DNA of 55,828 nucleotides from a virus (Duplodnaviria; Caudoviricetes): IMG/VR virus record IMGVR_UViG_3300044998_000776, positions 1 to 55,828 of that record; one strand, 5' to 3'. Shown piece by piece: positions 9,986 to 16,836 of this stretch (position 1 is its first letter; each line of letters starts with the position of its first letter). The notes under the pieces were generated by a model. It saw only the letters and a program-made list of their open reading frames with translations, ran no database searches and was not told where the DNA came from. The position numbers and the translations under genes were made by a program.

Positions 9986-10330
9986 ATGAACTTGATCTTA
10001 GTCGCGCTTGAGTCTCCATACGCAGGAGACGTCGAAAGAAACTTACGTTACGCTCGGGCCTGTATGGTCGATTGCTTTAAACGAGGAGAGGCTGCTTTTG
10101 CTTCTCATATGCTCTATACGCAGCCTGGTGTGCTGGATGATAACATTCCCGAAGAACGCAAACTCGGAATGGAAGCTGGCATGCTATGGAGCGAAAAAGC
10201 GACGAAGAGCGTCGTCTATACCGACCTTGGCGTGAGTTCGGGAATGAAATTTGGGATTCAACGGGCCGAAAAGGCCGCTCGGCCCGTTGAATATCGGGAA
10301 CTGGGACCCGGTTGGGATAAGCTTTTATGA
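9986..10330 (+). CDS. conserved phage protein, nucleoside-deoxyribosyltransferase-like fold (uncertain)
   Basis: ESPYAGDVERNLRYAR..ASH..Y..LDD..PEER..G..YTDLGVSSGM. Confidence 0.6.
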   Translation: MNLILVALESPYAGDVERNLRYARACMVDCFKRGEAAFASHMLYTQPGVLDDNIPEERKLGMEAGMLWSEKATKSVVYTDLGVSSGMKFGIQRAEKAARPVEYRELGPGWDKLL

Positions 10331-10641
10331 ATAAAATTCGACTCATCTGCGAATCGAAAAGAAAAAAAGAAGTGGAACTTAATGTCACAGTGGCCTGCGG
10401 GGAAGATATCCTCGATGCCACTGACGTACCTGGTTCTCCCATCGTCTATAGCTGCCGCGGAGTCGCATGCGGCTCCTGCTTCATCGAGGTCGATCGACCC
10501 GAAGTTTTTGAACCGGCAGACGATAACGAAAAAGCCGTGCTCCATAGCATGGGCGCGTCCTCTGACAACCAGAGGATAGCGTGCGCTTGTCGGGTCAAAC
10601 CCGGCGCATCAGGTTCTGTTCGCATCAAAACGGGGTACTGA
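10327..10641 (+). CDS. 2Fe-2S ferredoxin
   Basis: CRGVACGSC and RIACAC (Cx4Cx2C...C). Confidence 0.85.
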   Translation: MNKIRLICESKRKKEVELNVTVACGEDILDATDVPGSPIVYSCRGVACGSCFIEVDRPEVFEPADDNEKAVLHSMGASSDNQRIACACRVKPGASGSVRIKTGY

Positions 10642-10669
10642 TGTACTCTTTAGTCAGTTGTGGTATAGT
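10641..10669 (+). promoter_or_regulatory. putative promoter ATGTA-N18-TATAGT
   Basis: Same geometry as the other promoter copies. Confidence 0.5.
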
Positions 10670-10731
10670 TACGATTAACCGGTGTTGAGATCCAACGAGG
10701 ATCGAGCCGGTCTAACGCGGAGAGCGTCATC

Positions 10732-10881
10732 ATGCACAAGTACGGCGTCGGAATCGGTAGATTCCAGCCATTTCATAACTCGCACCTCGAATTGGTGAGT
10801 TTCGCGCTTAAAAAGTCCGAAAACCTGATCATCGTTCTGGGATCAGATAACCAGGCGAGCACGATCGCAAATCGATGGTGA
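10732..10881 (+). pseudogene. nadM: N-terminal fragment of NMN adenylyltransferase (NadM/NatV-like)
   Basis: 49-aa ORF absent from the ORF track: MHKYGVGIGRFQPFHNSHLELVSFALKKSENLIIVLGS (HIGH-like motif). Confidence 0.8.
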
Positions 10882-11247
10882 CAATCCTGCGACGCATCAC
10901 TGAATTGGGATGGAGCGCTTCGAATCTCGCATCTCGCTATGGGTTCGGGAGGAGGCCTCCTGATGGATTGCAATCGAGACACGCAGAAGTTTGCCTTCAA
11001 GTGCTCCTTTGCTCGTGTCAATGGGTCGTCGGTTGACGTCATCAAGGATCCAATCACCGATCCGGGTAAGAAGTCCAAAGCCGGAAGGTTAGATTTGATT
11101 CGTCTTCCCGACGGCTCGATCAAGACGGTCCCTCTTCCTGAAGGGATGTCGTCGCATCCCGACAGTATCATGGTTACCGTTTTCGACATGGGCAAGATCA
11201 CGTATCATACGACTCTCGATGAAATTAGAGAGCGTATGGCGATCTAA
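10872..11247 (+). pseudogene. nadV: C-terminal fragment of nicotinamide phosphoribosyltransferase (NAMPT)
   Basis: SMVTILRRITELGWSASNLA-MGSGGGLL..NRDTQKFAFKCS...KDPITDPGKKSKAGRL, after removing the 7-bp duplication at 10924-10937. Confidence 0.85.
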
Positions 11248-11250
11248 TTT

Positions 11251-11280
11251 GTGTAATTGGGTTTCGCTTCCTGCTATAAT
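11251..11280 (+). promoter_or_regulatory. putative promoter GTGTA-N19-TATAAT with extended -10, leaderless start
   Basis: TGC-TATAAT, then 6 nt, then ATG 11287. Confidence 0.65.
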
Positions 11281-11286
11281 TGTTCC

Positions 11287-11784
11287 ATGGCTGATGATGA
11301 CGATTTCTTGGACGGCTTCTACATGAGGCAGATCGTGTTGGATATCAACAAGATCACCGAGAATCTCTGGCAGGGAGCGATTCCCCCGCGGGGAGACATC
11401 TTAGCAAAAAAAGGATTCCAGGTTCTCGTGCTGTGTGTCGATGAGAATCAGGATGCCAGCCTTTACCTGGGATTGGAAGTTATCTGCGCTCCGGGAGATG
11501 ATGACGAACGTGTCCATCGCATGGAACGAGACCTTAAAGTCTGGATTCCGGCGGCGCAACAAGTCGTCGAAGCCGTACGCCAAGGAAAGAAAGTTCTTGT
11601 TACGTGCATGGCGGGTCTCAATCGATCGGGCATGGTGACGGCTCTGGCTCTCAGAAAACTGACGAGCTGGTCAGGACCGGCAATCGTCAAGCACATGAAG
11701 GCCCGACGACCTTACGCTCTGTGCAACTCTACTTTTGAGAAATATATCAAGGAGTCTTTCCCCGAACCTAAGACGTCCCAGTAG
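11287..11784 (+). CDS. dual-specificity (Cx5R) protein phosphatase
   Basis: KITENLWQG, KKVLVTCMAGLNRSG, RPYALCN; the TAG stop lies inside the downstream tRNA. Confidence 0.88.
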   Translation: MADDDDFLDGFYMRQIVLDINKITENLWQGAIPPRGDILAKKGFQVLVLCVDENQDASLYLGLEVICAPGDDDERVHRMERDLKVWIPAAQQVVEAVRQGKKVLVTCMAGLNRSGMVTALALRKLTSWSGPAIVKHMKARRPYALCNSTFEKYIKESFPEPKTSQ

Positions 11785-11848
11785 CTTAGCGGTTCAAAGC
11801 ACCCGACTCTAAATCGGCGCATCGTGGGTTCGAATCCCACCTGGGGCA
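11775..11848 (+). tRNA. tRNA-Sup(CUA) #1, amber suppressor, CCA not encoded
   Basis: Acceptor GTCCCAG/CTGGGGC, D-stem GCTT/AAGC, anticodon arm CCCGA-CTCTAAA-TCGGC (CTA at 11809-11811), T-arm GTGGG-TTCGAAT-CCCAC, discriminator A. Confidence 0.9.
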
Positions 11849-11853
11849 CTCAT

Positions 11854-11929
11854 TTTCCCGTAGCTCAATCGGTAGAGCAGCGACCTCTAAATTCGCGCGT
11901 TACGGGTTCAAGTCCCGTCGGGAAAGCCA
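11854..11929 (+). tRNA. tRNA-Sup(CUA) #2, amber suppressor, CCA encoded
   Basis: Acceptor TTTCCCG/CGGGAAA, D-stem GCTC/GAGC, anticodon arm GCGAC-CTCTAAA-TTCGC (CTA at 11887-11889), T-arm ACGGG-TTCAAGT-CCCGT, then G-CCA. Confidence 0.92.
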
Positions 11930-11938
11930 ATCGTCGTA

Positions 11939-11967
11939 GTGTACAATTCGTACAGAATGATTAGATA
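11939..11967 (+). promoter_or_regulatory. putative promoter GTGTA-N18-TAGATA for the leader ORF
   Basis: Same spacing as the other copies, with ATG 11974 six nt downstream; the -10 lacks its final T. Confidence 0.45.
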
Positions 11968-11973
11968 TTAACT

Positions 11974-12129
11974 ATGTTTGGCGCGTACTCACAGAATTAC
12001 CCGCAAATGATTTTCCTCTAGCTGCCAGCTTTCGAGTTTCTCTAGCTGCGTCGAGCACGTGGACCTCCGCACGATCTCGTTTCCCTAATCTGGTTGAGAC
12101 GATTGATTGAATATAAGACGATTGATTGA
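11974..12129 (+). other. putative regulatory leader peptide with two in-frame amber codons and an RGPP arrest-like motif
   Basis: MFGAYSQNYPQMIFL*LPAFEFL*LRRARGPPHDLVSLIWLRRLIEYKTID-TGA; TAG at 12019-12021 and 12043-12045, both in CTC-TAG-CTG. Confidence 0.65.
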
Positions 12130-12134
12130 ATATA
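12097..12134 (+). repeat. perfect 19-bp tandem duplication AGACGATTGATTGAATATA
   Basis: Copies at 12097-12115 and 12116-12134. Confidence 0.95.
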
Positions 12135-12146
12135 AAAAGGTTTACC

Positions 12147-12497
12147 ATGCAAACGATGAAGAGAAATGAAGCATATGCCCGTGCTATAAAGGTTTTTGGC
12201 CCTTGGAACGCGTGGAAAAGAGAACACCATTTGGCTTACGGTTTGATCCGAGGGATCTCGTATTCCAAGATGGAAAAGTGCTGTAACGACAACCCGTTGG
12301 CGGTGCCTGTCGAATACGCGCTCTGGGCTCTGGGTGCCTGGCCCGAGAATGTCAAACCGAATGATGGCAAGTTCCATTGCATTCCTATCGAGTACTGCAA
12401 GGAAACTTGGGGGTTGATCCAGTGGGTCAAGAAGCCCGTCCGCGGACCCAAGATTCGGTCGGCTAACAAGCCGCAGCAGCAGGAGGCGGCCCAATGA
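12147..12497 (+). CDS. hypothetical protein translationally coupled to the pth gene
   Basis: AAAAGG SD before ATG 12147; REHHLAYGLIRGISYSKME motif; its TGA overlaps the next ATG. Confidence 0.75.
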   Translation: MQTMKRNEAYARAIKVFGPWNAWKREHHLAYGLIRGISYSKMEKCCNDNPLAVPVEYALWALGAWPENVKPNDGKFHCIPIEYCKETWGLIQWVKKPVRGPKIRSANKPQQQEAAQ

Positions 12498-12850
12498 GCT
12501 AGCTGTACAAACCCCTTCCCATCAAGGAAGGAGATAAGCTCTATATCGTGACTCGTGCTGATATCGATCCTGGTTATCAGATCGTTCAGTCTTGTCACGT
12601 GATTCGGCAATTTTCAGAAGACCATCCCGAACTAGACAAGGAATGGTTTCGAAATTCCAATTATGTTGCCTGCTTGTCAGTGCCGACCGAGAGGGATCTC
12701 GAATTGCTGTTGCAAAAGGCTCAAGAGAGAGGCATTCCCTGCTCTTCTTTCAGAGAGCCTGATATCGATGATCAGCTGACGGCTATCGCGCTAGCTCCCG
12801 GAGAAGCTAGTAAGAGGCTATGTTCCTCTTGCCGATTGGCGTTATGCTGA
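12494..12850 (+). CDS. pth2: PTH2-family peptidyl-tRNA hydrolase with an in-frame TAG at codon 3
   Basis: AGGAGG SD at 12481-12486, ATG-AGC-TAG-CTG, then KLYIVTRADIDPGYQIVQSCH...FREPDIDDQLTAIALAP...LCSSCRLAL. Confidence 0.82.
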
Positions 12851-13207
12851 TTTTTTGCTCTGAGAGAATTCGTTAGCCAGTTCTTCGGCCGTAGCGATAA
12901 GCTTCTCAGAAGGATCTTTGGATTGCAAAAAAGCGTCCAACTCCTGCCTGAGAGCTTGTCGCTGCTGGTCGTTCATTTGGCTGCCCATGGACTGGACGAC
13001 GACATTCCAGACGCGCGCGTTCTTAGTATCCCCTGATTTCGGGATGGCCTTGGGATTGCCCCACTTGTTGCCGGCTATGTCCTTTTTAAACTGCTGTTCG
13101 CCCGCCGATTTAGCAGCCGGGACAGTCGGACGATCAGAGGTCGAGTCCATCTCTTCAACCAGGACTTCCCTTACAATCTTGCGGAGCTCTTTGACGTCGA
13201 TCTTCAT
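12842..13207 (-). CDS. hypothetical protein, possibly virion-associated
   Basis: Likely start MKIDVKELRKIVREVLVEE with TATTTA upstream. Confidence 0.65.
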   Translation of the reverse strand: MKIDVKELRKIVREVLVEEMDSTSDRPTVPAAKSAGEQQFKKDIAGNKWGNPKAIPKSGDTKNARVWNVVVQSMGSQMNDQQRQALRQELDAFLQSKDPSEKLIATAEELANEFSQSKKSA

Positions 13208-13265
13208 TGATCTATAAATAGACGATTCTACACTAGTGTAGGTTGGTGGGTTACAATCATTGCAA

Positions 13266-14069
13266 ATGACTTCCTTGCTCCCTACCAAAAAACCGCACGT
13301 CTCCTTTAGCGAAATCAAAGAGTGGACCGAATGTCCCTATCGACACAAGCTCAAATATATCGATCAGATCGATATGTTCGAACCCAGCCCGATCCTGGAC
13401 TTTGGCACGGCGGTTCATTCCTGCTGCGAAAACTACCTGAAGACTCGAGTGATCGATCTGTCAATAGTCAAGGCGTCCCTCGATAAATCCTGGGAGACGA
13501 ACGCTGGCAAACCCGGATTTGAATCCTCCGAAAAAGATAAGCTACTGGAAACTGCGGCCCAGATCATGTCTCAGGTTCCGGACTTTCTCGAAAAGAAATT
13601 TCCCGGATGGGAATACATGGCAGCTGAAGAGCTGCTTTATGAAAACGTCGAGGGTTCAGATGTCAAGTTCAAGGGCCTGATCGACGGCGTCTTAGTCGTA
13701 CCAACTAAGGTGAGAAACAAGGTAAAGAAATTCATCTGGATTATCGACTGGAAGACTTCGGCTTGGGGTTGGAGTCCCCAGAAAAAGTCAGATCCGATGA
13801 CTCAATCCCAGATCATTCTTTACAAGCACTTTTGGTCAGCTAAGCATGGAGTCGATCCCAAAGATATCCGTTGTGGATTCGTCATCCTAAAGAAGATGGG
13901 CAAGGGCGAACTGTGCGAACTGATACCTGTATCCGTCGGGCCCGTTGCCACTTCTCGATCTCTAAAGATTTTGAACAACACCATCTCAGGAATGAAGCGT
14001 GGGCTCGTGCTTAAGAATAGAAATTCCTGCAAATACTGTGATTTCTACCAAACAGAACATTGCAAATGA
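13266..14069 (+). CDS. PD-(D/E)XK exonuclease (Cas4/RecB-like, Fe-S cysteines)
   Basis: HVSFS..ECP, FGTAVH, GLIDGV, IIDWKT, Q..LY, CKYCDF..HC. Confidence 0.85.
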   Translation: MTSLLPTKKPHVSFSEIKEWTECPYRHKLKYIDQIDMFEPSPILDFGTAVHSCCENYLKTRVIDLSIVKASLDKSWETNAGKPGFESSEKDKLLETAAQIMSQVPDFLEKKFPGWEYMAAEELLYENVEGSDVKFKGLIDGVLVVPTKVRNKVKKFIWIIDWKTSAWGWSPQKKSDPMTQSQIILYKHFWSAKHGVDPKDIRCGFVILKKMGKGELCELIPVSVGPVATSRSLKILNNTISGMKRGLVLKNRNSCKYCDFYQTEHCK

Positions 14070-14124
14070 TGGTCGTGTAGATCGCTATATACAGTCGTTA
14101 GGAAAGACTTAAATTTTAATGATA

Positions 14125-15366
14125 ATGAAGCGGAAGATATTGCTACTGAGCGACCACCCACTGTCGACATCCGGAGTCGGAACACAAGCGCGTTACTTGA
14201 TCAAGGGACTGGTCGATACTGGGAAATATAGTTTCGTCTGCTTCGGTGGTGCCATTAAGCATGACAACTATAATCAGGTCATTGTCAACGATGATTTCAT
14301 CATCAAACCAACCGATGGCTTCGGAGATCGAAACCTCATCAGGTTGGCTTTGGCCCAAGAGAAGCCCGATGCTCTGATGTTGTTTACTGACCCGAGGTTC
14401 TTCATTTGGGTATGGGAGATGGAGGACGAGATTCACCAAATTTGTCCTATCGTCTATAATCACCTTTGGGATAATCCTCCGGCTCCTGAATTCAACAAAG
14501 TCCTTTATGAATCGACGGATCTGATCAACTGCATCAACTATCCGACGTATGAATTCTGCAAGGATTGGTTTCCCGATAGAACAAATTTTATACCGCATGC
14601 CGTCCCGGCCGATCTCTTCTATCCGATGAAGAAAGATGAGATTAGAAAGCACCGAGAGACGCTGCTCAAGGGTCGCCCGGCCGATACGTTTGTCGCGCTT
14701 TGGGTCAGTCGAAATGCCCGGCGCAAGATGCCAAGCGATGTCATCTATTCTTGGAAGATGTTCCTAGATGACATGGAAAAGAATCACGGTCATAGAAAGG
14801 GTCTGCTTGTTATGCATACGGATCCCTTGGATCAAGAGGGTCCCAATCTAATTCATGTCGTCAACATGTTAGGATTGCAAGAGCATGTCGTCTTTTCCAG
14901 TGATCGATACGAATTCAACCACATGAATGTGCTTTACAATTGCGCTGATGTGACTATTTCTCGTTCTTCGAACGAAGGTTTCGGACTTTCTATGCTGGAA
15001 AGCATGATGACGGCGACACCAATCATCGCTCTCAAGACAGGAGGCATGACTCGGCAGGTCGTCGATCATCGAGACGGCAGTCACAACGGCATCGCTCTCG
15101 ATCCCGACGTCCGATCGCTCGTCGGTTCTCAGCTGGTTCCTTACATTTTCGAAGACTTTGTCTCTCATGAGACCTTCGCCAAAGCCTTGACGGACATGTA
15201 CGAGTATGGCCCAGAAAAAAGGTCTCAGCTCGGAACTAAGGCATATGAATATGCGAAAGAAGAATTTTCTATGGATCGCCTGATTAGGTCGTGGGACGAA
15301 ACCCTGACCCAAACTTTCGAAAAATGGGGATCTTCTCGTCGGCAATGGTCTCTCACCTCACTTTGA
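14125..15366 (+). CDS. GT4 glycosyltransferase
   Basis: SGVGTQ, FIPHAV, RNARRK, NEGFGLSMLESMMTATPIIA..TGG. Confidence 0.9.
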   Translation: MKRKILLLSDHPLSTSGVGTQARYLIKGLVDTGKYSFVCFGGAIKHDNYNQVIVNDDFIIKPTDGFGDRNLIRLALAQEKPDALMLFTDPRFFIWVWEMEDEIHQICPIVYNHLWDNPPAPEFNKVLYESTDLINCINYPTYEFCKDWFPDRTNFIPHAVPADLFYPMKKDEIRKHRETLLKGRPADTFVALWVSRNARRKMPSDVIYSWKMFLDDMEKNHGHRKGLLVMHTDPLDQEGPNLIHVVNMLGLQEHVVFSSDRYEFNHMNVLYNCADVTISRSSNEGFGLSMLESMMTATPIIALKTGGMTRQVVDHRDGSHNGIALDPDVRSLVGSQLVPYIFEDFVSHETFAKALTDMYEYGPEKRSQLGTKAYEYAKEEFSMDRLIRSWDETLTQTFEKWGSSRRQWSLTSL

Positions 15367-15379
15367 TTAGGAAGCATAG

Positions 15380-16534
15380 ATGAAATCAGTTCTTCTTAGA
15401 GCCCCCGTTTTGACGGAATCCGGTTACGGAGTGCACTCTCGGCAGGTAGCTCGCTGGTTGCTGCAGAAGCCTGTCGAACTATCCGTTCAGACCCTCCCCT
15501 GGGGAGACACCCCCTGGATCATCGATCCCGATCGAGAAGAAGGTCTCATCAAACAGCTGATGGATCGAACTAATGTTCAACGGCCTATGCACGACGTCAC
15601 CTTCCAGTTACAGCTTCCCAATGAGTGGAATCCCGCACTCGGACATTTCAATGTAGGCATCACGGCGGCCGTCGAAACGGATAGGTGCAATCCTGAATGG
15701 ATCCCGTGCTGCAACCGAATGGACGTCATCGTCGTTCCTAGCGAGCACACCAAAAAGGTTCTGAACGCTTCTGGCAAGATCGAAAAACCTATTGTCGTCA
15801 TTCCGGAATCGTTTGCAGATGCCTGCGCTCAAGATGTCAAACCTTCCGATATCGATCTCTCTACGCCTTTCAACTTTCTCATTTTCGGACAGTTGACGGG
15901 TAACAATCCTAAGAACGATCGCAAGAATATCTTTTGGACCATCAAATGGTTGTGCGACGTATTCAAGAATGATCCCCAAGTAGGGATCGTCATCAAGACT
16001 AACACCGGTCGAATGACGAAAATCGATAAGAAGATCTGCACAGATATGTTTAAGCAGATCCTCAAAGAGGCCCGCTCGGGCCCTAATCCCAAGTTTCATC
16101 TCATCCACGGTATGATGACAGACGAAGAAGTGGCCGGCCTATACAGGCATCCGAAGATCAAGGGACTCGTTACTCTTACTCGTGGCGAAGGTTTCGGTCT
16201 TCCCATCTTAGAAGCGGCAGCTAGCGGTTTGCCTGTCATCGCGACTAACTGGTCGGGTCACATGGATTTCATGCGACTAGGCAAATTCGTCAATGTAGAT
16301 TACGAACTCAAAGAGATCGATGCTTCTCGAGTCGACAACAAGATCTTCATGAAGGGATCTCGTTGGGCCGAAGTCGTCGAAGACGACTTCAAGCGTCGTA
16401 TCAAGAAATTTAGAGACAGCTCTTCAATTCCCAGGGAATGGGCGGGCGAGCTGCAAAAGAAAATCCATCAATCTTTTAGCTTCGAGGCAGTGGCTCGTAA
16501 GTGGGAAGAATTGTTGGGGGATAAGTTGACATGA
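15380..16534 (+). CDS. GT4 glycosyltransferase
   Basis: SGYGVHSR, DRKN, RGEGFGLPILEAAASGLPVIATNWSGHMDF. Confidence 0.9.
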   Translation: MKSVLLRAPVLTESGYGVHSRQVARWLLQKPVELSVQTLPWGDTPWIIDPDREEGLIKQLMDRTNVQRPMHDVTFQLQLPNEWNPALGHFNVGITAAVETDRCNPEWIPCCNRMDVIVVPSEHTKKVLNASGKIEKPIVVIPESFADACAQDVKPSDIDLSTPFNFLIFGQLTGNNPKNDRKNIFWTIKWLCDVFKNDPQVGIVIKTNTGRMTKIDKKICTDMFKQILKEARSGPNPKFHLIHGMMTDEEVAGLYRHPKIKGLVTLTRGEGFGLPILEAAASGLPVIATNWSGHMDFMRLGKFVNVDYELKEIDASRVDNKIFMKGSRWAEVVEDDFKRRIKKFRDSSSIPREWAGELQKKIHQSFSFEAVARKWEELLGDKLT

Positions 16535-16836
16535 TCGAGACGATCATAATTGTAATACTATTTGTCCTTCTTGTGGCATCCATCGCGATCGGGGTCTGGG
16601 CTACATCGAGACTAACAAATCTCGTGTATGATCTCGAGGAACAGGTAGAAGAATCACTGGACATCATCGACACTAGTTATCGTGAGATCGGAAAAGTCCT
16701 GGACACTCCCGTCTTTTACGATGATCCGGTTGTCAAGCAGACACTAACTTCTATCAAGAAGGCGCATTCGGGCCTGTTGCTGATCGCCAACAAGATTTCG
16801 GAGTTTTCAGGATCGAAGAAAGAAGAAGAGGAGTGA
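16531..16836 (+). CDS. membrane-anchored hypothetical protein
   Basis: N-terminal hydrophobic helix followed by a coiled-coil-like region. Confidence 0.7.
   Translation: MIETIIIVILFVLLVASIAIGVWATSRLTNLVYDLEEQVEESLDIIDTSYREIGKVLDTPVFYDDPVVKQTLTSIKKAHSGLLLIANKISEFSGSKKEEEE

Noticed and set aside
11775-11929. Pyrrolysine tRNAs
   Set aside because: Both have a canonical D-loop GG, a TTC T-loop, a 5-nt variable loop and a 5-position anticodon stem. No pyl genes are in the window.
13266-14069. CRISPR-Cas locus around the Cas4-like nuclease
   Set aside because: No repeat-spacer array or other cas genes were seen. Solo Cas4-like nucleases are common in phages.
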